From assembly GCA_964490125.1 (NCBI GenBank), contig CAZBAJ010000004.1:7662-71661 (forward strand): DNA of 64,000 nt, written 5' to 3'. A program made the translations under genes and the position numbers. This DNA comes from an uncultured Candidatus Saccharibacteria bacterium (lineage in GTDB: Bacteria; Patescibacteriota; WWE3; UBA101185; UBA10185). The stretch's first letter is position 1; each line of letters opens with the position of its first letter. The notes under the pieces were generated by a model, which was not told the DNA's origin, searched no databases, and saw only the letters and a list, made by a program, of their open reading frames with translations. Shown here one piece after another: positions 47,340-60,312 of the stretch.

Positions 47340-49130
47340 TTACCACAAATCTAGGGCTTTGGTCAAATATTTCTGTACGACTTTTTGGACAAACTCCTCC
47401 GTCTTAACCATTCCCACCGTTTTTCCGTCCCGCAGTCGCACATTTACGCAGTCTTCCGACTCCTCTTTTGCTCCCAGTACCAACATGTACGGCACTTTTT
47501 GCATCTGCGCGTCGCGGATTTTTGCCTGCATCATTTCATCCTTTTCGTTAACCTCCACCCGCAAGCTCTTTTCTTTAAGCAATTTGGCGACTTTTTGGGC
47601 ATACTCATTGTTTTTTTCGGAAATAGGAATTATTGCGACTTGAACTGGCGCCAGCCAGACAGGGAATGCTCCGGCAAAATGCTCTATCAACAAAGCCATA
47701 AGTCGTTCGTACGATCCCAAAACCGCCCGATGAAGCATAACCGGCGTTGCTTCTTTACCGGTTTTGTCTATGTAGACTAGCTTAAAGCGTTTGGGTGTAG
47801 CAAAATCCAGCTGGATGGTTGGAATTTGAATTTCCTTGCCTAAGGCGTCCTTAAACATAAAATCTAGCTTTGGACCGTATAGGGCAGCCTCGCCTTCGCG
47901 TCGGACGGCATTAAGCCCCATTTCGTCGGAAATTTCCTGCAAGGTCCGTTCGGCCAAATCCCAGGACTGTTGGTCACCGATATATTTTTCTGGATGGGCG
48001 TAATCCCTAACCGACAACGAAACCCAATGGCTCTCCCAAAGTCCTAATGACAAATAAAAATCCTTAATAACATTGGCCAGGCTTCTTATTTCGTCTTTGA
48101 CTTGTTCAGGGGTGCAAAAAACATGTCCATCTTCAATCGTAATAGCATATACACGGTTTAAACCACCAACTTCTCCCGCTTTTTCCGCCCGGTACTGTTT
48201 GTCTGATTCCATGTAGCGGATTGGCAATTCGTTGTATGACCTTATTTTGGACGCGTAGATTTGGGTATGGTGTGGGCACTGGACAGGCTTCATAACCAAA
48301 TTATGATTTGCCGCAGATGTTACATGGAACAGTTCTTCGCCAAACTTGGCGGCATGGCCGGAAGTTTCAAAAAGTTCGATTTTGGCAAGCGATGGGGCGG
48401 AAACTTTTTGAAAACCGTAATTTCTGCAAACTGCCTCAATGTGTTTTTGGAGTTCTTCTTTAATGATTGTTCCTTTGGGGGTATAAAGAGGCAATCCCGG
48501 TCCAACTAAATCAGAAAAGCAAAACAAGTCCAGTTCTCTGCCCAGCTTTCTATGGTCGCGCTTTTTGGCCTCTTCAATATTGCGCAAGTATTCGTCCAGC
48601 GCCTCTTTAGAATCAAATGCCGTGCCGTAAATGCGCTGGAGCATCTTGTTTTTTTCGTCGCCCTTATAATACGCGCCGGCAATTGAAAACAGTTTAAACG
48701 CCTTAATTTCTCCGGTCGACGCCACATGCGGACCTGCGCACAAATCAACATCGTAATAAGGACTTTGGGGGTCGCCCGTTACATACACCGTTACTTTTTC
48801 CCCGCGCGACTCAATTTCTTTAATATTTTCCAGCTTGTACCAATTGTCGCCAAAAAGCTTTTTAGCCTCCTCCACACCTACTTCTTTGCGGATAATCGGC
48901 AGATTAGCGTCCACCATTTTTTGCATTTCAGCCTCGATTTTTGGCAGATCCTCGGGGGTAATTTTGGTATCCAAATCAAAGTCAAAATAGAAACCGTCTT
49001 CTATGGGCGGTCCCATGACTTTTTTAAGATTTGGATACATGCGTTGCATTACGCAGTGCAGGACATGTTCTGCGCTGTGTCGCAGAGGCATTAACGGGTC
49101 GTTTTTTAATTCATTTTGGACTTTAGACAT
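47340..49130 (-). CDS. thrS: Threonine--tRNA ligase (no N-terminal TGS domain)
   Basis: Has the class II motifs HRKLGRELDLF and the catalytic and anticodon-binding domains. At 596 aa it begins at the N2/editing-like region. Confidence 0.8.
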   Translation of the reverse strand: MSKVQNELKNDPLMPLRHSAEHVLHCVMQRMYPNLKKVMGPPIEDGFYFDFDLDTKITPEDLPKIEAEMQKMVDANLPIIRKEVGVEEAKKLFGDNWYKLENIKEIESRGEKVTVYVTGDPQSPYYDVDLCAGPHVASTGEIKAFKLFSIAGAYYKGDEKNKMLQRIYGTAFDSKEALDEYLRNIEEAKKRDHRKLGRELDLFCFSDLVGPGLPLYTPKGTIIKEELQKHIEAVCRNYGFQKVSAPSLAKIELFETSGHAAKFGEELFHVTSAANHNLVMKPVQCPHHTQIYASKIRSYNELPIRYMESDKQYRAEKAGEVGGLNRVYAITIEDGHVFCTPEQVKDEIRSLANVIKDFYLSLGLWESHWVSLSVRDYAHPEKYIGDQQSWDLAERTLQEISDEMGLNAVRREGEAALYGPKLDFMFKDALGKEIQIPTIQLDFATPKRFKLVYIDKTGKEATPVMLHRAVLGSYERLMALLIEHFAGAFPVWLAPVQVAIIPISEKNNEYAQKVAKLLKEKSLRVEVNEKDEMMQAKIRDAQMQKVPYMLVLGAKEESEDCVNVRLRDGKTVGMVKTEEFVQKVVQKYLTKALDLW

Positions 49131-49370
49131 GTTTCTCCTTCTAAATATAGCTTACGCTTTGAATTTTACTACAAATGGGAACATTAAGTTAGTGGTCTGA
49201 TTTTACCCCTTGCGGGGTGGTTTTGGTTTGGCACCATGTTCTGAACGCTACAAAGACTATCATGGGGAAATTGTTATACTATCAAGGGCGTTTGTCAAAC
49301 ATCAATATTCTGGTTCCTAAGTATTCCTTTAGTCTTGTACTAGCTAATTAATTTTGACATAATATAAATT

Positions 49371-49715
49371 ATGAGCGGAAGGGAGATTTTCTATTATATA
49401 AACCCTAGAGGAGAAAATGTTGTGAGGGATTTTATCCTCTCTTTGGAAAAACACCAGCAAGCAAAAATCCGTAGAATATTTATGACAATAGAGAAGTATG
49501 GTTTGGATGCGATAGGCAACCATATTAAAAAATTGACAGGATCACCTCTTTGGGAGATAAGGTTATTGGGGAAGGATAATATTAGGATTTTGTATGTTCT
49601 GCCAGACGGAAGCAGGCTTTTGGTCTTACACGGCTTTACAAAAAAGACCCAAAAGACGCCCGAAAGGGAGATAGACATGGCTTTGAGTCGCTATAACGAA
49701 TGGCTATCTAGCTAA
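49371..49715 (+). CDS. Type II toxin, phage Gp49-like/HigB-RelE family (addiction module killer)
   Basis: Contains IRILYVLPDGSRLLVLHGFTKKTQKTPEREIDMA, the hallmark of the Gp49-like killer family. Confidence 0.7.
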   Translation: MSGREIFYYINPRGENVVRDFILSLEKHQQAKIRRIFMTIEKYGLDAIGNHIKKLTGSPLWEIRLLGKDNIRILYVLPDGSRLLVLHGFTKKTQKTPEREIDMALSRYNEWLSS

Positions 49716-49783
49716 ACTGCGCGGGATATTCCGATGATCACGGACTACTTGACTACGACATCTTATATGATATCATTCTTGGT

Positions 49784-50065
49784 ATGAGAAAACTTTATTC
49801 CTTTAAAGAAGATCTTGAAGATAGCCTGAAGGATCCCCAATTCCGCAGAGCATGGGAAGAGTCGGAGCCCGAATATTTACTTGCCTGTAAAGTTATAGAA
49901 GAACGGCTTAGTAAAAACATGTCCCAAAGGACTCTGGCTTCAAAAATGGGTACAACCCAAGCTGTCATAAGTAGAGTGGAGAGGATGGTTGCTAATCCTA
50001 CTGCAGAATTTATTCAAAGGTTGGCTAGAGCTTTAGATACAAAATTTTCAATCTCTTTCGGGTAA
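49784..50065 (+). CDS. XRE-family HTH antitoxin (HigA-like)
   Basis: The HTH SQRTLASKMGTTQAVISRVER lies immediately downstream of the toxin. Confidence 0.65.
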   Translation: MRKLYSFKEDLEDSLKDPQFRRAWEESEPEYLLACKVIEERLSKNMSQRTLASKMGTTQAVISRVERMVANPTAEFIQRLARALDTKFSISFG

Positions 50066-50138
50066 CTGCTTAACCATGGACGCCAGATCAGGACAGAGTT
50101 GCTGTGCTTGACGGTTTTATGGTTTCTAATACAAAAGT

Positions 50139-50849
50139 ATGATTCTTAATGTATACAAACCCCGCGTGTGGACCAGCAACGATGTGGTGCAAAAAATTAA
50201 GCATAGTTGCGGATTTAAAAAGGTTGGACACGCGGGCACGCTGGATCCTTTGGCGGAGGGTGTGTTGCTGGTGCTTACGGACGCGGATACTAAAAAGCAA
50301 AGCGAATTTATGGGTTTAGATAAGCAGTATTTGGTAAGAGTTGCGTTTGGTTATACATCCGATTCGTACGATTTGGGGACACAGATGCGCGAGGAAGGTA
50401 GACAGATCGCCAGTGGGCTGACTAGCATGGATTTACAAAGCGTCTTACTTAAGTACATCGGAGCGATCGAACAACAAGTACCAGCATATTCTGCCGTGCA
50501 TGTGGATGGAAATAGACTCTACGAACTAGCTAGGACTAACACCGTATTGGAAAAAGATTTGCCCGTAAAGAAGATTCAGTTTTATGATATAAAAGTTACC
50601 TCATTTAAAAATAACGAACAAATATTTTACCCAGGGTTAAAACCTCATGGGGAAATAGTTTGTACAACTGCAGAGATATTGGTTAATTGCGGTAAAGGGA
50701 CATATATCCGCTCATTGGTTAGGGATATTGGTAACGATTTAAAATGCGGGGCGGTGGCGGTGTCTCTTGTGCGTCAAAAAATTGGAGATTATTCTATTGA
50801 GCAGAGTCTAACGATCGACGAAGTTCTTCTTAAACATCTCAAATCTTAG
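50139..50849 (+). CDS. truB: tRNA pseudouridine(55) synthase TruB
   Basis: Has the catalytic Asp motif GHAGTLDPLAEGVLLVL; 236 aa. Confidence 0.8.
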   Translation: MILNVYKPRVWTSNDVVQKIKHSCGFKKVGHAGTLDPLAEGVLLVLTDADTKKQSEFMGLDKQYLVRVAFGYTSDSYDLGTQMREEGRQIASGLTSMDLQSVLLKYIGAIEQQVPAYSAVHVDGNRLYELARTNTVLEKDLPVKKIQFYDIKVTSFKNNEQIFYPGLKPHGEIVCTTAEILVNCGKGTYIRSLVRDIGNDLKCGAVAVSLVRQKIGDYSIEQSLTIDEVLLKHLKS

Positions 50850-51209
50850 TTGCTTTTCCAATTGAATTAACTCTGTGGGATCAAGTTGAGAGGATTTTTG
50901 CTCCTTGGCGTTTTTTAGTGCCTCTTCAATTTCGTCTTTAATCAAGTCGTCCGACGCCACCCCGTCCTCTGTAAGAATTGTAAGTTCATTATTGGCAAAA
51001 CTTGCCGTTCCGCCGTTAATTAGCATTTCTTTAGTTCCGTTATCGGCAACCGCTAAAAAAACTTTACCCATGTCCAGCAAAGTAACTAAACTTGCGTGGT
51101 TGGGCAAAATGGTAATTTGACCCGTGGTTGTAGGCAAGATAATGCTACTACATTCGGAGTCGAACAGGGTTTTTGTTTGGGAAATGATCCTAACTTTTAT
51201 GTTTGACAT
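50808..51209 (-). CDS. atpC: F-type ATP synthase epsilon subunit
   Basis: Has the N-terminal beta-sandwich (VRIISQTKTLFDSECSSIILPTTTGQITILPNHASLVT) and a C-terminal helical hairpin. Confidence 0.75.
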   Translation of the reverse strand: MSNIKVRIISQTKTLFDSECSSIILPTTTGQITILPNHASLVTLLDMGKVFLAVADNGTKEMLINGGTASFANNELTILTEDGVASDDLIKDEIEEALKNAKEQKSSQLDPTELIQLEKQLRFEMFKKNFVDR

Positions 51210-51223
51210 AGATTGCGAAATTT

Positions 51224-53610
<2,387 letters not shown>

Positions 53611-54024
53611 TTATATCTCCTCTGCCTTTCCGTCCAGATGAATAAAATAAACCGTAACAAATTTTTCCGGATACAGTTCTTGCAACAGCCTTACTGCCTT
53701 TTTGCCCCATTCCCGATGTTCGTTTTTGTCGGCTTCAAGATCCAAACCTTGACGAATAGTGCCGTCCTGCGCGTAGCCCCCGCAATCCTGATGATCCAAA
53801 ATAATAATATTAGTTGGGTCGTGCAATTGGATAGAAAGATCAAGTTGACGGAGAAGCGACGCTTTGTGACTTTCTTCAATCGGTTTAACTAGATCGCGCG
53901 AACATCCCGCCAAAGATATAATGTCGCTTTCACCCAGTAGGTCGTGTGACTTTATAAAGTCCGCGTACGCTTTTTGCAACCTAAAGTCTATACAAGTAAT
54001 AATGCAATTTTTGGCTTTATGCAT
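53611..54024 (-). CDS. Hypothetical protein with beta-carbonic-anhydrase-like zinc-ligand motifs, inserted between atpA and atpG
   Basis: CIDFR (CxDxR) sits near the N-terminus and HQDCGG (HxDCG) about 68 aa later, matching the beta-CA zinc-site motifs. It is only 137 aa. The start abuts the atpG end. Confidence 0.35.
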   Translation of the reverse strand: MHKAKNCIITCIDFRLQKAYADFIKSHDLLGESDIISLAGCSRDLVKPIEESHKASLLRQLDLSIQLHDPTNIIILDHQDCGGYAQDGTIRQGLDLEADKNEHREWGKKAVRLLQELYPEKFVTVYFIHLDGKAEEI

Positions 54025-54085
54025 ATTAGATTGCTCCGTTACACCCGCAATGACGCCTGGAAAGACACCACATCAAGGTTGCGGT

Positions 54086-55528
54086 TTACCGAATAACTCC
54101 TTTCATCTCCTCGCGAATTTTGACAATTTCTTCATCGGACAGTTTTCTCTTTTCTATAACAGTCTGTTTTACCAATTCTTTTGACTCCTTTAGCGCCTCT
54201 AAAAGTCTGCCAGTAGTTTCCTTAGTCTTTGCCACATCTGCTTGATCTAAAACGCCCTCCGTAATACCAAGAATCAGAAGAATTTGATCCTCTACCTCCA
54301 GCGGTTCCCCCAGATTTTGCTTTAGGACTTCCATCAGCCTGCCCCCACGGTCTAATTTCTTTTTGGTTTCTTCATCAATGTCTGACCCAAATTGGGAAAA
54401 CGCCTTTAATTCCCGGTATTGTGCAAGCTCCAATTTTAGTTTTCCGGCGACTTGTTTCATAGCCTTAACCTGCGCGTCTCCGCCAACACGGGAAACCGAG
54501 GCGCCAATATCAACTGCGGGGCGTTGACCGGTGTTAAAAGTGTCCTTGTCCAAAAATATTTGTCCATCCGTAATGGAGATAATGTTTGTAGGAATATATG
54601 CCGACAAATCCCCCGCTTGGGTTTCTACAATTGGCAATGCGGTAAGTGAGCCACCGCCTAAGTCTTTATTGTACTGAAGTGCGCGTTCTAACAACTTGGA
54701 GTGGATGTAAAAAATGTCGCCTGGATAGGCTTCCCGTCCTGGAGGTCTACGGAGTAATAAAGAAAGCTCACGATACGCCCAGGCATGCTTGGTTAAATCG
54801 TCGTAAATTACTAAAGCATGCTTGCCTTGCTTGGCAAAATATTCACCGATAGCACAACCCGTATAAGGCGCAATATACTGCATGGATGCGGGATCGGAGG
54901 CGTTGGCGCATACAACTACGGTATAGCCCATAGCCCCGGCTTTTTGTAATTGGTTGACGGTTTGTGCAAGTTTGGCATTTTTTTGACCGACCGAAACATA
55001 CACGCAGTAAACCCCCTTACCTTTTTGATTAATAATAGTGTCGACGCAAATAGTGGATTTACCGGTCTGCCTGTCGCCAATAATTAGTTCCCGTTGACCT
55101 CTACCAATAGGAATTGTTGCGTCAATTGCCAAAATTCCCGTTTGCAAAGGTGTTTTAACATTTTCTCTAGCCAAAACCCCTGGAGCAACTTTTTCCAACG
55201 GCATTTTTTCTCCGTTAGGACAAGCTTTTCTATCGGAATCGTACAGGTTTCCTAACGCGTCCACCGTCTTGCCTAAAATTCCCTCACTTACCAAAACAGA
55301 AAGTAAATTTTCCTGGGTTTCTACCAAGTCGCCCTCTTTTACTTTTAAAAAGTCGCCCAAAACCGCAATACCTACCAAGTCTTCGTCCAAATTTAACGCC
55401 AAACCGCTAACATTTCCTTCACCGGTTTTAATAACTACGGTTTCGTTATAACCCACATTAGAAAGACCTTCCGCAAAAACCACGCCGTCCTTAACCTGTT
55501 TAATTGTACCGGTATTTTTAAAGTCCAT
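54086..55528 (-). CDS. atpA: F-type ATP synthase alpha subunit
   Basis: Walker A GDRQTGKST and typical alpha-subunit domains are present. Confidence 0.85.
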   Translation of the reverse strand: MDFKNTGTIKQVKDGVVFAEGLSNVGYNETVVIKTGEGNVSGLALNLDEDLVGIAVLGDFLKVKEGDLVETQENLLSVLVSEGILGKTVDALGNLYDSDRKACPNGEKMPLEKVAPGVLARENVKTPLQTGILAIDATIPIGRGQRELIIGDRQTGKSTICVDTIINQKGKGVYCVYVSVGQKNAKLAQTVNQLQKAGAMGYTVVVCANASDPASMQYIAPYTGCAIGEYFAKQGKHALVIYDDLTKHAWAYRELSLLLRRPPGREAYPGDIFYIHSKLLERALQYNKDLGGGSLTALPIVETQAGDLSAYIPTNIISITDGQIFLDKDTFNTGQRPAVDIGASVSRVGGDAQVKAMKQVAGKLKLELAQYRELKAFSQFGSDIDEETKKKLDRGGRLMEVLKQNLGEPLEVEDQILLILGITEGVLDQADVAKTKETTGRLLEALKESKELVKQTVIEKRKLSDEEIVKIREEMKGVIR

Positions 55529-55530
55529 AG

Positions 55531-55905
55531 TTATAATGTTAAATCCCTAATTTTTGCCATAACGGATTCGTCAAACACATTATCCCCCACTCTAACTTTA
55601 AGTCCGCCAATAAGTTTTGAGTCGACCTCGTACAGAAAGCAAATTTTGTCACCCAAAGCTTTGGTAATTAGTTCTTCTACTTTTTCTTTTTGACTTTGAG
55701 AGAGCGACTTGGCAGTAGTAATTTCTGCCAATATTAGCCATTTATTCTTAATTTGACGGTAAATTTCTAGGGTTTCTGTCAGTGGGGCATCTGACGCAAA
55801 CTTTAAGATCGCAAAAACTTTTTCTACCGGGTCGTTTGCGGTATCAGCAGCTACCTTATAAAGTCGCCCCGCCGATTCCATTGCTTTGGCGTTTTTGCTA
55901 CTCAT
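55531..55905 (-). CDS. atpH: F-type ATP synthase delta subunit (short)
   Basis: The C-terminal IGGLKVRVGDNVFDESVMAKIRDL matches the OSCP/delta signature. Confidence 0.65.
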   Translation of the reverse strand: MSSKNAKAMESAGRLYKVAADTANDPVEKVFAILKFASDAPLTETLEIYRQIKNKWLILAEITTAKSLSQSQKEKVEELITKALGDKICFLYEVDSKLIGGLKVRVGDNVFDESVMAKIRDLTL

Positions 55906-56387
55906 GACTTTACGGCTACCTCCTCCAGCACTTTAGCGTCAAAGTCAATTTTATCCGCCTGGGAGGATAGTATTGCCGTTACCGACTCTTTTACCGCTTT
56001 TTCCAAGCTGGCTCTAAAGTCCACCAGCATTTTTTCTTTTTCTATCGCCAAAACCCCCTGCGCTTTTAGAATAATTTCTCCCGCGTCAATTTGGGCTTTT
56101 TCCAGGATTTTTTTGGTTTGGTCGTTTGCTTGACTTTTGGAATCCGTAACAATCTGCTCCGCCTGCTCTTTAGCCTGCGCGATAACTTTGTCAAACTCCA
56201 CCTTTGCTTTATCCAGTGCGTGTTTAGCCTCCTCCGCGCGCTTGTCCGCTTCCAACATTTTTGCCTCGCGCTCCGCTATTACCCCGCCGATTTTTTTTAG
56301 CACCAAAAAGTGCATTAACACAAAAAACGCCAAAAATACCAAGGTGTTAATAACAAAACTCTGTAAATTTAAGCCCAAATTTTCCAT
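55902..56387 (-). CDS. atpF: F-type ATP synthase subunit b
   Basis: Single N-terminal TM followed by a long charged helix (EREAKMLEADKRAEEAKHALDKAK). Confidence 0.7.
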   Translation of the reverse strand: MENLGLNLQSFVINTLVFLAFFVLMHFLVLKKIGGVIAEREAKMLEADKRAEEAKHALDKAKVEFDKVIAQAKEQAEQIVTDSKSQANDQTKKILEKAQIDAGEIILKAQGVLAIEKEKMLVDFRASLEKAVKESVTAILSSQADKIDFDAKVLEEVAVKS

Positions 56388-56436
56388 TTTTTGTGCGACT
56401 CTGTAAGGATTTTACTTCAGTCGCTTCTCCCAGTCG

Positions 56437-57424
<988 letters not shown>

Positions 57425-57475
57425 TTTGTTACTTTAGTATAAGTTGGGCGACAAATCAATCGGCTAAGCTGCTCA

Positions 57476-58213
57476 TCAGGTGTTTAGGATTTGATAATGC
57501 GTACGAAGTTCGTCTCTCGATAACCTGCTTCTCTCGAGAAATTCCTGCAAAAAGAAAGAAACCTTACTATTTTCGTCTTTGTTTAGAAAAGTTTTATCGG
57601 TTGAGAGTTCTAGAGATAGTTTTAGCAATATTGAAAATATAGTTATCCATGCCACATCATTGTCGGTATGGTTTTTATCCTTTAGCGTATTCCTAACAGC
57701 GCTGAAAAATTTCGCACCGAATATATAGATTCTTTCCTGCATATCTTCTGGTTTAGCAAACACGCAAGGATTTTCGATTAGTACAGTAAATGGGGTATTG
57801 GTTTTCACCAAGTCTCTTCGGTCGTCACCCAGGCTACCTGCAATGCCCTCGTATATGCAGGTGGCATCAGTTGTTTTAAGTAGCTTTTGGGTGATTTCAT
57901 CGACTGGACCGTGTGCGCCCTCGTGCTGTGCCGTCAAAAGTAGACTTTCCTCAATCGTTTTTGTTTTTCCTTCAGTGACTAGTCTGGCAGCGTATGAGAA
58001 ATAGTCATGCCCTTCTGGTTTGTCATCTCTATGTATTCTTGACGCATAGAGTATTCCGCACTCGTTTATTTTGGCGTATGGCGCAATTTTTTGGAGTTGC
58101 CCTGAAGTTAATCCTGTGGAAGTCCAAATCTCCATATTATCTGTAAACCATGGGATAGCTACTATCGAGTGAAGTTGCAAGTCAACTCTGTTTACTTGTC
58201 CGCTATTTACCAT
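57476..58213 (-). CDS. Hypothetical protein (245 aa) upstream of atpB
   Basis: ORF track. No confident motif; several His/Asp clusters (RIHRDDKPEGHDYF, AQHEGAHGPVDE). Confidence 0.45.
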   Translation of the reverse strand: MVNSGQVNRVDLQLHSIVAIPWFTDNMEIWTSTGLTSGQLQKIAPYAKINECGILYASRIHRDDKPEGHDYFSYAARLVTEGKTKTIEESLLLTAQHEGAHGPVDEITQKLLKTTDATCIYEGIAGSLGDDRRDLVKTNTPFTVLIENPCVFAKPEDMQERIYIFGAKFFSAVRNTLKDKNHTDNDVAWITIFSILLKLSLELSTDKTFLNKDENSKVSFFLQEFLERSRLSRDELRTHYQILNT

Positions 58214-58270
58214 TTTTCTAATTGTTTCTTGCGACTTTGTGTCGATGCGATTAACTGCGTTGTTGAATAA

Positions 58271-58636
58271 TTAGATGTGTTTTTTTCTGAAAGTTTCCTT
58301 GACTTGCAGGTATCTGGTCATAGCGTTTATAGCTTGTTTGCCTGTCCACTGGATTTCTTTAGTCACACCTTTTTCTAAGAGACTAAACTCATCTTGGATT
58401 TTTAAAAAATCTCTATGGAATGCGAGCAACACTTTTCCTTCATTTTTTAATAACCAACTTCTATCATCGAGTAATCCACAGCACGCCAGTGTTGAGTAGT
58501 AGCCGTGCATTATCTCTAAGGGCGGGTTAGATCCCTTATCGCCGTGTTCCATTTTGTCGACAGCATTAATTACCTGTGTATAGAAAGGTTCAACTTTAGG
58601 TAGTTTTTCGATAATCTGGGTCTTTAATTTCGTCAT
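58271..58636 (-). CDS. Hypothetical protein (121 aa)
   Basis: ORF track. 4-nt overlap with the upstream membrane-protein gene. Confidence 0.45.
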   Translation of the reverse strand: MTKLKTQIIEKLPKVEPFYTQVINAVDKMEHGDKGSNPPLEIMHGYYSTLACCGLLDDRSWLLKNEGKVLLAFHRDFLKIQDEFSLLEKGVTKEIQWTGKQAINAMTRYLQVKETFRKKHI

Positions 58637-59694
58637 ATCTTTAGCGTTTTCTCCAAAATTACCGAAATTAGGTCGCGGTTGCGGGTGCGGACAGAAAGTC
58701 GCACGGGAAAAACCAAGTCAAACACTAGTAGGGTTAAACTAGCAACCGCCATGGACATAAGTTTAAGTCGTGGGAAAGTTATAAACACAATTATCAGAAC
58801 CGTGGTAAAGGAAACAAACCTCACCAAGTCGTCCTTAAAGTCTGCAAAAGTAAGCCTAATAGCCCGCTTAATGTTTTGATACTTTTGCCTGTCGGTTACA
58901 TTATTTTGAGGTTCCGATTCCAACCAGCTGACATAATATTTGCGCGACGAGTAGGCAATTTTTAAAATATTACGGATTACCTCCACCACAATAGCCACGG
59001 CAATAAGAATAAGCGTAGTTTTAGCGTCCACAAGTTTAAAACCCCTCTCCATTAAGTCGTACCCCAAAATTTTAGCGTGCAAAGGGACATTAAGATCCGG
59101 CGGGACATAAAAAAGGCGCGTTGAATCCATTGTCAAAAAGAACACAAACAGGACGACTTCAAAAGAGTCGATAAAAGCTTTACTGACGCGCTTGCCAAAC
59201 TCATACCGCCAGCCGGTTTTAATAAGATTATTGCGTCCCGGCAGGTTAATATAGGCTAAAAGTGCCACGCCTGCCATGGAAATCACAACAGTCATAGCGG
59301 TAACATCAAAACTTTTGCCCACCAGTTTGTAAAGATACAGCGTGCCAAGGTACAGGGAAATGGCTAGAATATAAGAAATAAGCGGTGCCAGGTTAAGAAG
59401 CGCCTCTTTGACCTTTTCTATAAAGAGCTTTACGACCTGTTTGATAAAGTCGATGAGGTCCATGACAGAAAAAGAGCCTTCCATAAATATTTCCATGAGC
59501 TTGCCGACCTCTTTTTTCATGCCCAGAATTGCCATAATACCCATGGCTATAAAAATAATTGCTACGCTTAACGCGGTGAACCACATAACATTTAGGACTA
59601 TTTTGGTGGCGGAAGGGTAAACCATGTTACCTATGGTTAATATAAGGACAAAGGCTATAAAAGTTATTAAAATGAGCCGGCTTTTTCTAATCAT
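58633..59694 (-). CDS. Hypothetical polytopic membrane protein (353 aa)
   Basis: Six to eight predicted TM helices. First gene of a same-strand run leading into the atp operon. Confidence 0.5.
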   Translation of the reverse strand: MIRKSRLILITFIAFVLILTIGNMVYPSATKIVLNVMWFTALSVAIIFIAMGIMAILGMKKEVGKLMEIFMEGSFSVMDLIDFIKQVVKLFIEKVKEALLNLAPLISYILAISLYLGTLYLYKLVGKSFDVTAMTVVISMAGVALLAYINLPGRNNLIKTGWRYEFGKRVSKAFIDSFEVVLFVFFLTMDSTRLFYVPPDLNVPLHAKILGYDLMERGFKLVDAKTTLILIAVAIVVEVIRNILKIAYSSRKYYVSWLESEPQNNVTDRQKYQNIKRAIRLTFADFKDDLVRFVSFTTVLIIVFITFPRLKLMSMAVASLTLLVFDLVFPVRLSVRTRNRDLISVILEKTLKI

Positions 59695-59766
59695 TGGTTA
59701 TACCTAGCTATATTACAACTAATAATTGGTATTGACAATTTTTTAAAATCTTGTTATACACAGTTT

Positions 59767-60312
59767 GTGGCTAAAGAAAAAAGGAATCAAAATCCTCATA
59801 ATATGACGGACAGGCAGTACGCCAGGTTACTATATGGAGAAACTAGAAAAACTTTGGAAGATGTGGGTAGAAAGATGGATAAGGTTGCCGAGCAGGTTGG
59901 AGGCATGTCCAATAATATTGGCGATGTCGCCGAGGAATTTTTTTACAGAGGCCTTGAATTAAGAAAAAAGCTTGGTGGAGTAAAGTTTGACGACATCGAC
60001 CACAAAGTAAAAGACCTTAAGAAAAATGAGTACGACATTGTGTTGACTAACGGTAAATCGGTAGCTGTAATCGAAGTCAAGCACAAATTGCACCCCAACG
60101 ATGTTAAAAAGTTTGTGGACAAAACCATTCCGGCCTTTACTAAAGCCTTTAATCCGTTTGGGCAGTATGAGGTGTTGGCTGGTGTAGCCGGACTTTGCGT
60201 ACCCGACGACTCCCTAAAGATGGCTACGGATAACGGGCTTTTTGTCTTAAGCCAAAGTGGTAGGGATATGAAGTTTTTAAACCCGAAGACCTTTTCCCCT
60301 AAAGTTTTTTAA
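59767..60312 (+). CDS. Hypothetical protein with possible PD-(D/E)xK nuclease-like core
   Basis: The EYDIVLTNGKSVAVIEVKHKL segment fits the D...ExK pattern. The assignment is weak. Confidence 0.3.
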   Translation: MAKEKRNQNPHNMTDRQYARLLYGETRKTLEDVGRKMDKVAEQVGGMSNNIGDVAEEFFYRGLELRKKLGGVKFDDIDHKVKDLKKNEYDIVLTNGKSVAVIEVKHKLHPNDVKKFVDKTIPAFTKAFNPFGQYEVLAGVAGLCVPDDSLKMATDNGLFVLSQSGRDMKFLNPKTFSPKVF

